From Patescibacteria group bacterium (GTDB taxonomy: Bacteria > Patescibacteriota > Patescibacteriia > XYB2-FULL-38-15), in contig JBGSRW010000009.1 of the NCBI GenBank assembly GCA_041737355.1, positions 5,323 to 69,322 on the forward strand: a stretch of DNA of 64,000 bases. Reading direction: 5' to 3'. A program made the position numbers and the translations under genes. Positions 47,811 through 56,572 of this stretch are shown here, in pieces (positions within the stretch are counted from its first letter, which is position 1; each line of letters starts with the position of its first letter). The notes beneath the pieces were generated by a model that searched no databases, had not been told where the DNA came from, and saw only the letters and a program-made list of their open reading frames with translations.

Positions 47811-49103
47811 ATGAAAAAAATAGTTCAGAAAATTTTATATGTTCTGTCCCGCGCGGTTTTGAAAAAATACAAGCCGGGCGTGATCGGCATTACGGGAAGT
47901 ATGGGTAAGACCTCGACCAAAGAGGCGGTCTTCGCGGTTTTGTCTTCAAAATTCAAGGTCCGTCAGAATTTAAAAAATTACAACAACGAACTCGGCGTGC
48001 CTCTTTCCGTTCTTGGTTCGGAATCAGGGTACAAATCAATTTTCAAATGGTTGGGAGTAATTTTTCACGGCGTTAAACTTATTCTATTCCGCGACGCCGA
48101 CTACCCGCAAATTTTGGTTTTGGAAATGGGGGCCGATCATCCCGGCGATATAAAATATCTTACGGATTTGGCGCCGTGCAGGGTCGGAGTAGTTACGGGA
48201 ATCGGGCCGGCCCATCTGGAATTTTTTGAAAGTATAGATAAGATTGTCAAAGAAAAAAGAATTATCATAAGCCATCTTGACCAGGAGGGTTTCGCAATAT
48301 TGAACCGCGACGATGAAAAAGTTTACGAAATGAGGGATAAAACCAGAGCCAAGGTTTTGACTTACGGTTTTGACGCGTCTTCGGGAGTCCGGGCCCAGGA
48401 GGACAGCGTAATCGGCGACGGAGTGGAAATAAAAGGTGTCAATTTCAAACTTAGTCATGCCGGAGCGGTTGTCCCGATTTTTATTCCCGGGGTTTTAGGT
48501 AAACAGCATATTTACGCGGCGCTGGCCGGAGCGGCGGCAGGAATTGTTTATGGGATGAATCTTGTCGAGATTGCCGAGAGTTTGAAAAATTATAAAGCGC
48601 CCAAGGGCCGGATGAATCTTGTAGCCGGTATAAAAAGAACATTGATTATCGATGATACCTACAACGCTTCGCCGATTCCGACAAAAGTGGCCCTTGAAGT
48701 ATTACAGTCGATAAAATTGCCGGCCGAGGACGACAAAAAATTCGCTGTGCTCGGCGATATGCTCGAACTCGGGAGTTTCAGCGAGGAGGGGCACAAACAA
48801 GTCGGCCGGGCCGTGACGGAGAATAAGGTTGATTATTTGGTGACGGTCGGCGAACGTTCCCGCGATATTGCCAGGGCGGCGCTCGAGGCGGGAATGAATG
48901 AGGATAGGGTTTCCAATTTCCCGACGCCGGAAGAGGCCGGGCTTTTTGTCCAAAATAAAATGAAGCAGGGAGATATAGTTTTAGCGAAAGGTTCACAAGG
49001 AATGAGGATGGAAAAAGTCGTGAAGGAATTGATGGCCGAACCGCTTATGGCCTCGGAGATGCTCGTCCGCCAGGATCCCGAATGGGCGAGAAAAAGAAAA
49101 TAG
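47811..49103 (+). CDS. murF: UDP-MurNAc-tripeptide--D-Ala-D-Ala ligase
   Basis: Mur ligase P-loop GITGSMGKTSTKE. Confidence 0.8.
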   Translation: MKKIVQKILYVLSRAVLKKYKPGVIGITGSMGKTSTKEAVFAVLSSKFKVRQNLKNYNNELGVPLSVLGSESGYKSIFKWLGVIFHGVKLILFRDADYPQILVLEMGADHPGDIKYLTDLAPCRVGVVTGIGPAHLEFFESIDKIVKEKRIIISHLDQEGFAILNRDDEKVYEMRDKTRAKVLTYGFDASSGVRAQEDSVIGDGVEIKGVNFKLSHAGAVVPIFIPGVLGKQHIYAALAGAAAGIVYGMNLVEIAESLKNYKAPKGRMNLVAGIKRTLIIDDTYNASPIPTKVALEVLQSIKLPAEDDKKFAVLGDMLELGSFSEEGHKQVGRAVTENKVDYLVTVGERSRDIARAALEAGMNEDRVSNFPTPEEAGLFVQNKMKQGDIVLAKGSQGMRMEKVVKELMAEPLMASEMLVRQDPEWARKRK

Positions 49104-49201
49104 TTTTTAATAAGAAAAAAAGTGAGTCGCACGGCTCGCTTTTCTGATATGGTGACAATTTAAAAGTTTTCTGATATACTGAAAATCAGTGAAAAATTCA
49201 C

Positions 49202-49279
49202 GGCCCCATCGTCTAGCCTGATCTAGGACGCCTCCCTCTCACGGAGGAAACTCGGGTTTAAATCCCGATGGGGCTACCA
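49202..49279 (+). tRNA. tRNA-Glu (anticodon CUC)
   Basis: GGCCCCA/TGGGGCT acceptor stem, D-stem GTCT/GGAC, anticodon loop cTCTCac, CCA encoded. Confidence 0.8.
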
Positions 49280-49447
49280 GAATAAATTAGAAATCAATAT
49301 AAAATATAGAAGTAAATTAACCGTGAAAGTAGCAATAGGGATTTAAACCAGGGAAGGGCCGGAAACCGTAAGGTTTCCGCTCGCGGAAATATTAAAACCG
49401 ATTGGTTTTAAAGCGCAGGCCGACGATTCGGCCGAACAGTTTAACTC

Positions 49448-49463
49448 CCCGATGGGGCTACCA
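49448..49463 (+). repeat. Duplicated tRNA-Glu 3' end (cccgatggggctacca), 168 bp downstream of the intact tRNA
   Basis: Exact 16-nt copy of 49264-49279 (T-stem 3' strand, acceptor 3' strand and CCA); the intervening 168 nt is G+C-rich with 4 clean hairpins. Confidence 0.7.
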
Positions 49464-49827
49464 ATATATACAACTTTCCAAAATTTTCCCGATTTTATCG
49501 TGGGCGGCCAATAAGGCCGCCCATTGTATTTTCAGCCAAATCTCAGTTTTTCTCGAAAGCAGGGTTTTTTGTCCCGCGCCCGGCGCCGTACCGCTGTTCT
49601 TATTTGCGAAGATGAAGTTAATTGTGTCAAAAATATAAAATATAATGTCAAAAATGGTACTATGCTCATTTCCTAAAATATGCTATATTATATCCATAAT
49701 CTGCCTTATATTTTTTATTTATACCCCCCCCATTGGCGAGTTTATCTCTGGCGGAAAAAGTAATGTTCGTTTGGATTTGGAAAAGTAATATTTTAAATTA
49801 GCTGTTAAATCAGGATAAGTTAAAAAT

Positions 49828-51285
49828 ATGGAAAACAACAAAACCAAACAGTTCACTGTAACAGCTAGAAAAAAAGAAAGCGCCAGACGTAAACTTGCCG
49901 TGACCGCCAAGGAAAAGGAGAGTGCCCGGCTTAAACTTGCCGTGACCGCCAAAGAAAAAGAAAGCGTCAGAAGTAAACTAGCAACAGTTGCCAAGCAACT
50001 TGCCGTGACCGCCAAAGAGGCGGAAAGCGTTAGACGCAAGTTAGCGGTGACCGCCAAGGAAAAGGAGGGCGTAAGGAACAAGCTGGTAATAACTGCAAAA
50101 AAACTCGCCACTACCGCCAAAGAAGCGGAAAGCGTCAGACGTAAACTCGCCGTGACCGCCAAAGAAAAAGAAAGTATAAGAAGCAAGCTGGCAATGGTCG
50201 CCAGACAACTTGCGACTACAGCCAAGGAAAGGGAAGACGCTAGACGCAGCTTAGTGGTGACTGCAAAAAATCTAAAGATAAAAGCCAAACAGCTCGCCAA
50301 GACTGCTGAGGAAAAAGAATATGTCAGGGGTAAATTAGAGGTGACAGCAAAGCAACTAGCAACTACAGCGGAAGAAAAAGAGGAAGTAAGAAGTAGATTA
50401 GCGGTAGTTGCCAAGAAGCTCGCCGCAACTGCCAAGGAAAAGGAAAACGTCAGACAAAAGTTAGCTGTAATCGCGAAGCAGCTGAAAGATAAAGCCATAC
50501 AACTCGCCGTGACCGCCAAGGAAATGGAATTGGCAAACAAAGAATTGAGGTCATTAGATTTGGCGAAAGATGAATTTGTTTCCATTGCTTCGCATCAGCT
50601 CCGCACGCCTCTTACTGCCCTAAAAGGATATGCAGGCATGCTTCTTGATGGAGATGCCGGACCAATAAACGATAAACAGCGCGAGTATCTTGTGGAAATG
50701 AAAAATGCCAATGACCGGATGATTGGTCTTATCACGGCGCTTCTTAACGTCTCAAGGGTTGATCTGGGTGTGTTCATCGTTGAACCAGAACGGCTAAGTC
50801 TTAAAAAGGTAGCAGAAGACGCGTTGAAAGATCTTGGCATGAAAATTGAGGGGAAAAAATTGCAGGTAGAGATGAATTTTGAAAACAATATTCCTCTAAT
50901 TAATGCGGATTTAAACATTGTTCGGATGATTTTTCAGAATTTGTTTACAAACGCGGTAAAATACACGCCAGCGGGAGGAAAAATTAATATCAATATAAAA
51001 AAGGACGGCCCTAATGTTCTTATCTCAGTCGCGGATACGGGTTATGGAATTCCCAGTAATGTGCAGCCAAAGATTTTTACAAAAATGTTTCGGGCCGATA
51101 ATGCGCGGATAAAGGATCCGGACGGTACCGGTCTTGGATTATATATTATAAAATCAACACTTGAAAAAACGGGTGGAAAAGTTTGGTTTGAATCGGTAGA
51201 AAATAAAGGGTCGACATTTTACGTTACTCTTCCGCTCGAGGGCATGAAGAAAAAAGAAGGAACAAAAAGATTAGAATTAAAATAA
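49828..51285 (+). CDS. Cytoplasmic sensor histidine kinase with N-terminal hendecad-repeat coiled coil
   Basis: About 230 aa of 11/21-residue repeats (KLAVTAKEKESVRR..) then a HisKA H-box (SHQLRTPLTAL) and HATPase_c (DTGYGIP, GTGLGLYI). Confidence 0.8.
   Translation: MENNKTKQFTVTARKKESARRKLAVTAKEKESARLKLAVTAKEKESVRSKLATVAKQLAVTAKEAESVRRKLAVTAKEKEGVRNKLVITAKKLATTAKEAESVRRKLAVTAKEKESIRSKLAMVARQLATTAKEREDARRSLVVTAKNLKIKAKQLAKTAEEKEYVRGKLEVTAKQLATTAEEKEEVRSRLAVVAKKLAATAKEKENVRQKLAVIAKQLKDKAIQLAVTAKEMELANKELRSLDLAKDEFVSIASHQLRTPLTALKGYAGMLLDGDAGPINDKQREYLVEMKNANDRMIGLITALLNVSRVDLGVFIVEPERLSLKKVAEDALKDLGMKIEGKKLQVEMNFENNIPLINADLNIVRMIFQNLFTNAVKYTPAGGKININIKKDGPNVLISVADTGYGIPSNVQPKIFTKMFRADNARIKDPDGTGLGLYIIKSTLEKTGGKVWFESVENKGSTFYVTLPLEGMKKKEGTKRLELK
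49870..50540 (+). repeat. Tandem 33/42/63-bp coding repeats
   Basis: Repeated ...cttgccgtgaccgccaaggaaaaggag... units encoding the hendecad repeats. Confidence 0.8.
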
Positions 51286-51291
51286 ATTTTT

Positions 51292-51675
51292 ATGGACACG
51301 CCGCGACAAAAAATTTTAATTATCGAGGATGAATTATCTATCCTGAATGGTATCTCGGATAAGTTTACGCATGAAGGTTTTTTAGTAACAAAAGCAGTCG
51401 ATGGTCAAGACGGTTTGGATAAGGCGCTCAAGGAGCATCCGGATTTTATTATAGTTGACAATCTGATGCCCGATACCGACGGTTTTTATTTTTTAGAGAA
51501 TCTTCGCAAGGACGAATGGGGAAAAAATTCTTTGGTTATTATGTGGAGTAATTCCCACGACTCCAGTACAATTGCTCGGGCAAAAAAAATAGGAATCATA
51601 GATTTTATGATCAAGAGTGAGTGGGAATACCGGGATGTGGTAAAAAAAGTGAGGGAATATATTGATGCTAAGTAA
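51292..51675 (+). CDS. Single-domain response regulator (receiver only)
   Basis: CheY-like receiver fold; acidic pocket and phospho-acceptor Asp in IIVDNLMPDTDG. Confidence 0.75.
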   Translation: MDTPRQKILIIEDELSILNGISDKFTHEGFLVTKAVDGQDGLDKALKEHPDFIIVDNLMPDTDGFYFLENLRKDEWGKNSLVIMWSNSHDSSTIARAKKIGIIDFMIKSEWEYRDVVKKVREYIDAK

Positions 51676-51701
51676 TTTTTTATAGAATATTATAAAATAA
51701 T

Positions 51702-52109
51702 ATGCCCACGTTACAAAAGAAAGTCCATGTTTTGATCATTGATGACGACGAGGTTATGCGTCGCCTTTATGGAAGTTTAGTTGCAAAGATTGGTTATGAA
51801 GTAATCTATTCCCCGGACTCTATTCAGGGAAGAGAATTGGCCCGGCGTTTTCAGCCAGATCTTATTTTGATGGATCTGGAGATGCCATTGGAGGATGGGC
51901 TGAAAGCCTCCAGCAGATTAAGAGAAGAAAAGGAAACCGCCCATATCCCTATTGCTTTGCTTACTAATACCGATTTATCGATTGAAGCGGAAAAATGGAT
52001 GAAAAAAATTTCAATAGAAGATTATATTCAAAAAGGCGTTAGTAACGAGGAATTCACCAAACGAATTAAAAATATTATTGAGAAGAAGCAAGCTTCGGCC
52101 AATGCCTGA
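51702..52109 (+). CDS. Single-domain response regulator (receiver only)
   Basis: LIIDDDE...ILMDLEMPLEDG receiver motifs. Confidence 0.75.
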   Translation: MPTLQKKVHVLIIDDDEVMRRLYGSLVAKIGYEVIYSPDSIQGRELARRFQPDLILMDLEMPLEDGLKASSRLREEKETAHIPIALLTNTDLSIEAEKWMKKISIEDYIQKGVSNEEFTKRIKNIIEKKQASANA

Positions 52110-52149
52110 TTTCGCTACGGTGTAGGGCAATACTAAATAAAATTTTATT

Positions 52150-52875
52150 ATGTTTCATACAATCTGGCACGATTTTCTTTACACTCCGCTTTTGAATATT
52201 CTGATTTGGCTTTATAACGTCCCGGCCTTTGAAAATTTGGGCGTGGCGATTATTTATCTGACTATCGCGATCCGCATCGTTCTTCTCCCGTTTACCATTG
52301 TTTCCGAGCGGAGTAAAATTCTTTACGAAAAGTTAGAACAGAAAATAAAAAAAATAGAACAAGATTTTAAAAACGATCCTATTCAAAAGAAAGACATAAT
52401 CCGCAAGGTAATGAGAGAGCACCGGGTTAGTCCTTGGGCAAAAGTCATGGTGCTCGCGGTGCAGGCCCTTATTTTGGTGCTCTTGTACCAGGTTTTTATC
52501 GGCGGAATTAACGGCAAGCTTGGGGATCTCTATTCGTGGGTTGATCATCCCGATTTTATCAATACTAATTTTTTGGGATTTGATCTTGGTATCAGGAGTT
52601 TATTTTGGAGCGGTCTGGTGGGAGCGGTTCTTTTTCTCGAGATCTTTATTGATTATCGTAGCCGGCCGAGCGGTCTCGCTAAATCGGAGGTTGCCTACAT
52701 GATTTTTTTTCCGGCCGCCTGTTTTTTCCTTCTCTGGATCTTGCCTATGGCCAAATCGATCTTTATCCTGACCTCGCTGATTTTTTCGATGATAGTTATT
52801 GTGATTAGGCAAAGAATAAAAATCAGAATAAAAGTTGAAGACAACGCGATTAAGATCGAAAGAGTAAAGGCATAA
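52150..52875 (+). CDS. yidC: Membrane protein insertase, short YidC/Oxa1 family
   Basis: LYTPLLNIL...G.AIIYLTIAIRIVLLPF..S conserved TM2 region; 5 TM helices. Confidence 0.65.
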   Translation: MFHTIWHDFLYTPLLNILIWLYNVPAFENLGVAIIYLTIAIRIVLLPFTIVSERSKILYEKLEQKIKKIEQDFKNDPIQKKDIIRKVMREHRVSPWAKVMVLAVQALILVLLYQVFIGGINGKLGDLYSWVDHPDFINTNFLGFDLGIRSLFWSGLVGAVLFLEIFIDYRSRPSGLAKSEVAYMIFFPAACFFLLWILPMAKSIFILTSLIFSMIVIVIRQRIKIRIKVEDNAIKIERVKA

Positions 52876-52935
52876 AGAATAATAAGTAAAGTTTCCAAAC
52901 CGGCTGAAAAGCCGGTTTTTTGTTAGTATAAAAGG

Positions 52936-52964
52936 TTGACAAATTTTTTAGTTTTTGTTATAAA
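52936..52964 (+). promoter_or_regulatory. Promoter (TTGACAAA-17-TATAAA) that initiates at the tRNA-like element
   Basis: gTTGACAaattttttagtttttgttaTAAAAAc; predicted start site about 6-8 nt before 52980. Confidence 0.5.
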
Positions 52965-52979
52965 AACAACATGTAGACG

Positions 52980-53134
52980 GGGGCTGTAGCTCAAAGTCTG
53001 AAACAGCGTTTGGTAATGGCTTAGGTCATGACCAGCGCCGTAGACGAAGCAGAGCATTTGGGGGAAGGCGCGTGAGAGTAACTACTGGCGCCCGAACCAG
53101 AAGGTTGGAGGTTCAAGCCCTCCCAGCCCCGCCA
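52980..53134 (+). ncRNA. 155-nt tRNA-like element: perfect 7-bp acceptor stem, canonical T-arm and CCA, with about 80 extra structured nt where the D and anticodon arms should be
   Basis: 5' GGGGCTG pairs with 3' CAGCCCC-G-CCA; T-arm GGAGGTTCAAGCCCTCC; the interior contains hairpins (gctgt..acagc, ggtcatgacc, ctgg..ccag) but no standard cloverleaf. Confidence 0.5.
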
Positions 53135-53759
53135 GGTCTTAACAGCGAAGGGTTTTGCCCCGCTTTTGGCTAGAGCACCGCGAGGAGAAAGCGGAGTGTC
53201 GATGCCAAAAGAAAAGATGCTGGCGGGTTAAGCCGCTGGGGAGAGAGTCCGCTCCCGCTGTTAAGACCTCCTTCTCGGTTGCGGTTAAAAAGCGGAAGAC
53301 CTCCGCTCGGCCGCAACCAGATGGCTCGTGGCTAAGCCCAAGGGGGCTAAAATGGGCCGGTGGGTTTTTCTCGAGCCACCGAGAGAACCCCGGAAGCTTC
53401 CGCGAGCCAAGCTCGCGTTAGCATAAAGTTGCGATCGGTGAAAGCCTTGCACTGGCTACGGTTCTGGCTACCGTGCCGATCGCGACCTGCACTGTTCCTG
53501 GGGGCGGAGCTCGCCCCACATCCCTCCGATTGGGCCAGAACAGTGCAGTCTTCCAAGCCCGGCGGCGGTTCTTTTCGCTGAACCGTGAGATCGCCGCCGG
53601 GCTCCACTAAACGTACTTCCAAGTGCGGAAACCCCGCGCGAGGAAGTCGTGATGTGTGTGTTGGATTGGCCTCCCCCACACGCTTGCCGGACGAACGACA
53701 GTTGGTCGAAAGACCGATAAGTAGCCGAAAGGTGAATGTTGTTTCGTCCGGCATTTTTT
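53135..53759 (+). ncRNA. Candidate large ornate structured non-coding RNA, about 620 nt, co-transcribed immediately 3' of the tRNA-like element
   Basis: G+C-rich; no credible ORF in either strand; many long-range helices with perfect reverse complements (ggtcttaacagcg/cgctgttaagacc, gttgcgg/ccgcaac, gcgatcgg/ccgatcgc, ctgcactgttc/gaacagtgcag, cccggcggcg/cgccgccggg, ccggacgaa/ttcgtccgg), ending in a U-run. Confidence 0.5.
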
Positions 53760-53843
53760 GTCTCTGACCTTGACAAAATCACCTTTTAGAGTTAGTATTA
53801 GCCATAGGGTAGATTTAACTTTTGAATCTAAATAAAACAAAAT

Positions 53844-54428
53844 ATGGCAGATTCCTTAGACAAAATCATGTATTCCTTTGTCGTGGAGGACGTCTTAAAG
53901 GGCTTTTTCATTACTGTCCCGCCGGGTTATGTTGCCTGCGTTTACGACTTGGGCAGGGGAGTTCTGAAAAAAGTTCTGCACCCCGGATTACATCTTAAAA
54001 TTCCGTTCTGGCAGAGAGCTAAATTATTCAATACCCAAACCCTGGAATACAATATCAGTAAAGAATTTAACATTGAAAATATCAGAGCCTTGGGCGACGG
54101 TCCGATCGGCGCGGTAACGCTCGACAGCAAAAATATCGCGATCGAGGGGACGATTCTTTTACGGCTCGATATGGAGCAGATTCCTTACATCTGGCAAAAT
54201 ATCGGCGAGGATTTTGTGGAAAAAATTATCCGGCCGACAATCCGAAGCCGTCTCCGCATGATTGCCTCGCTTTACTCGGGCCAGGACATCGTCTCTCTTC
54301 AGAGAAACCAAATTGAGGTGGCGATTACTAATGAACTGGACAGAATTTTCCATCCGCGGGGAATCCACGTAGAAAATGTACTTCTCTCGGAAATCGGACA
54401 TCAGTTTGTCAAAAGCGGAAACGCATAA
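53844..54428 (+). CDS. SPFH/band-7 (prohibitin-like) domain protein
   Basis: Band-7 core similarity (GLHLKIPFWQRA...TLDSKNIAIEGTILLRL). Confidence 0.6.
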   Translation: MADSLDKIMYSFVVEDVLKGFFITVPPGYVACVYDLGRGVLKKVLHPGLHLKIPFWQRAKLFNTQTLEYNISKEFNIENIRALGDGPIGAVTLDSKNIAIEGTILLRLDMEQIPYIWQNIGEDFVEKIIRPTIRSRLRMIASLYSGQDIVSLQRNQIEVAITNELDRIFHPRGIHVENVLLSEIGHQFVKSGNA

Positions 54429-54483
54429 TCAATAAAAATAAACACGGACCCTTGACCGGGGTCCGTGTTTTGCTATACTGAAG

Positions 54484-54510
54484 TTAGCACTCTTGACACG
54501 AGATTGCTAA
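54484..54510 (+). promoter_or_regulatory. CIRCE operator (HrcA-binding inverted repeat) overlapping the hrcA promoter
   Basis: TTAGCACTC-N9-GATTGCTAA (consensus TTAGCACTC-N9-GAGTGCTAA, 1 mismatch); embedded TTGACA at 54494 and TAAAAT at 54517. Confidence 0.85.
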
Positions 54511-54530
54511 CTGGTGTAAAATAGTTTAAT

Positions 54531-55223
54531 ATGGAAAAACGAAAGGAAAAACTGCTCCTATCAATCATCAGCGAATACATAAAAAATGCCGCGCCGGTGG
54601 CCTCAAAAATGTTGGCTGGGCGGGGCGGTTTTAAGTTAAGTTCGGCAACATTACGGAACGAAATGGCGGAGCTTGAGGAGGAAGGCATGATTTTCCAGCC
54701 GCATACCTCAGCCGGCCGTATTCCGACCGAAGCGGGATTTAATTTTTATCTTGCCAATCTCCCGGAGAAAAATCTGGAAATCGACGGCAAAGAAAAAAAA
54801 GAACTGGAACGGGCAGCGCGGGCCGATGAATTTCCTGAAAAAAGTCTGGCCAAAGTTTTGGCCGAACTTTCGGAAGAAGCAGTGATTCTCGCTTTCGGAA
54901 AAAACGACGTTTATTATACCGGGCTTTCCAACCTTTTTGCCAAACCGGAGTTTCATGATCAAAATTTGGTTTATCGGATTGGTGAAGTGGTTGATCATCT
55001 GGATGAAATAATCAGCGAGATTTTTGAAGAAACCAAAGAAGAGATAAAAATTTTAATCGGCAAGAAAAATCCTTTCAGTGAAAGTTGCGGAGCGGTTGTT
55101 TCAAGATATCGCGGAAAAAATAAAAAAAACGGCCTTGTCGCGGTGCTCGGTCCGATCAGAATGGACTACGGGAAAAATATCGCCTTGGTCCACGAGGTTA
55201 AGAATTTGTTAAATAAAATATAA
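54531..55223 (+). CDS. hrcA: Heat-inducible transcription repressor HrcA (short form)
   Basis: N-terminal wHTH LLLSIISEYIKNAAPVASKML, HrcA family similarity; 230 aa (shorter than the typical roughly 340 aa). Confidence 0.8.
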   Translation: MEKRKEKLLLSIISEYIKNAAPVASKMLAGRGGFKLSSATLRNEMAELEEEGMIFQPHTSAGRIPTEAGFNFYLANLPEKNLEIDGKEKKELERAARADEFPEKSLAKVLAELSEEAVILAFGKNDVYYTGLSNLFAKPEFHDQNLVYRIGEVVDHLDEIISEIFEETKEEIKILIGKKNPFSESCGAVVSRYRGKNKKNGLVAVLGPIRMDYGKNIALVHEVKNLLNKI

Positions 55224-55225
55224 CT

Positions 55226-55711
55226 ATGGCAGACGATAAGCAAAAAACTGAAGAAAAAAATGAAGAGGCGCAGACGGAACTGGAAGCGTGTAAAAAACAA
55301 GCCGAGGAATATTTAAACGGCTGGAAGCGGGCCAAGGCGGATTATCTTAATTTAAAAAAGGAGAGCGAAACAGCGAGCGCGGAATTGGCGCAATTTGTGG
55401 CGGGCGGAATGATGTTAAAATTTTTGCCGGTTTACGACGGCCTCAAAAAAGCCTGCGCGATGGAAACGAGCGGAGATAAATGGGCAGAAGGAATTTTAAA
55501 TATCAAAAAGCAATTTGAAGATGTTTTTAAGAAATTAGGCGTGGAAGAAATTAAAACCGTGGGAGAAAAATTTAATCCGGAATTTCATGAAGCAATCAGC
55601 CGGCAGAAAAAAGACGGCGTGGAGTCGGATATCATAATTGGAGAAGTTGGCGGAGGATATATGATGAATGGAAAAACAATCATCGCGGCCAAAGTAATTG
55701 TTAGTGAATAA
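55226..55711 (+). CDS. grpE: Nucleotide exchange factor GrpE
   Basis: Coiled-coil N-terminus, GrpE C-terminal beta-domain. Confidence 0.85.
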   Translation: MADDKQKTEEKNEEAQTELEACKKQAEEYLNGWKRAKADYLNLKKESETASAELAQFVAGGMMLKFLPVYDGLKKACAMETSGDKWAEGILNIKKQFEDVFKKLGVEEIKTVGEKFNPEFHEAISRQKKDGVESDIIIGEVGGGYMMNGKTIIAAKVIVSE

Positions 55712-55738
55712 AAATTTAAATATTAATTTATAAAATTT

Positions 55739-56152
55739 ATGCCAATTATAAGATTCAATCCCTGGGAACAATTTGGAGAATTAGACAGATTTTTTGACGA
55801 GAACGCGCCCGGTTTTGTCCCGGCGTTAGACATTTATCAAACCAAAGACGCGGTCATCGTGGAAACCCCGCTTGCCGGAATTGATCCGGAAGATGTGGAG
55901 ATTTCCATTGAAAACGATGTCTTAACCGTCGACGGAAAAACCGAACGGCAAAGCGAAGTTGATGAAAAGAATTTTTACCGTAAAGAAGTCCGCTACGGAA
56001 GTTTTCATCGTTCGGTCCGTTTGCCCGTCGCGGTCGTCGGAAACAAAGCCGAAGCCAAATCGGAAAATGGAATGTTGAAAATCACCATCCCCAAAGCGCC
56101 GGAAGCAAAGAGCAAGGCGATAAAAGTTAAAGTGGTGAAGGGGAAGAAATAA
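55739..56152 (+). CDS. Hsp20/alpha-crystallin family small heat-shock protein
   Basis: Alpha-crystallin domain (DIYQTKDAVIVETPLAGIDPEDVEI...GMLKITIPK). Confidence 0.85.
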   Translation: MPIIRFNPWEQFGELDRFFDENAPGFVPALDIYQTKDAVIVETPLAGIDPEDVEISIENDVLTVDGKTERQSEVDEKNFYRKEVRYGSFHRSVRLPVAVVGNKAEAKSENGMLKITIPKAPEAKSKAIKVKVVKGKK

Positions 56153-56218
56153 GAAATAAAAAAACGCGCCACCGATAAGGATCTCGAATGACGCGTGATG
56201 AGCAAGGAAGGCGTCTCG

Positions 56219-56572
56219 CTAGAAGTAACCCACACTAGCCCGTACGAGCGTGTACAAGTCTGCCTCCGGGCAGGGGTTTACGATTTCGTTCTCGGGCGGA
56301 TCCTTGGCAATACGCTTGAGAAAAACGACGTTGCAGTCTGCGTCCGCAATTTCCATCTTCCAAGAGGACGGCGTGAAACGCGCCACCCCCGACGGTTCCA
56401 ACGCGCGACTCCAACGACGCCAAGAAATCATGAACGCTTCGTCGGGTTCTACCCAACGCGCGGGTCTGCGTAGGAGATTGCCAACGACGTTTTGGCCGTC
56501 GCTGCGGTGCTCAATTATGATCCACCCGCCCAGATCCATGCGCCGAAGTCGGTCAACGTCATTCTTGTTCAT
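56219..56572 (-). CDS. G+C-rich hypothetical protein (island I6), 117 aa, inserted antisense inside the heat-shock operon
   Basis: Strong RBS GGGAGG 7 nt before ATG; upstream minus-strand promoter TTGACT-17-TTAGAT (alternative -10 TATTAG at 15-nt spacing) with an extended-10 TG; no known domain. Confidence 0.45.
   Translation of the reverse strand: MNKNDVDRLRRMDLGGWIIIEHRSDGQNVVGNLLRRPARWVEPDEAFMISWRRWSRALEPSGVARFTPSSWKMEIADADCNVVFLKRIAKDPPENEIVNPCPEADLYTLVRASVGYF

Noticed and set aside
49719-50585. 288-aa minus-strand ORF overlapping the histidine-kinase repeat region
   Set aside because: Antisense artefact of the tandem coding repeats (low-complexity SLAVTAS repeats); the plus-strand frame carries bona fide HisKA and HATPase domains.
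52980-53134. Calling this element a tmRNA (ssrA) or an ordinary tRNA
   Set aside because: At 155 nt with the CCA it is too short for a tmRNA; the candidate tag frame (AVDEAEHLGEGA) lacks the usual hydrophobic ...LAA end; no D/anticodon cloverleaf could be drawn. Kept only as a tRNA-like element.
53155-53840. Several 60-135-aa ORFs on both strands inside the large structured RNA region
   Set aside because: Mutually overlapping, no start context, Arg/Pro/Ser-rich junk; the dense perfect long-range helices indicate RNA.
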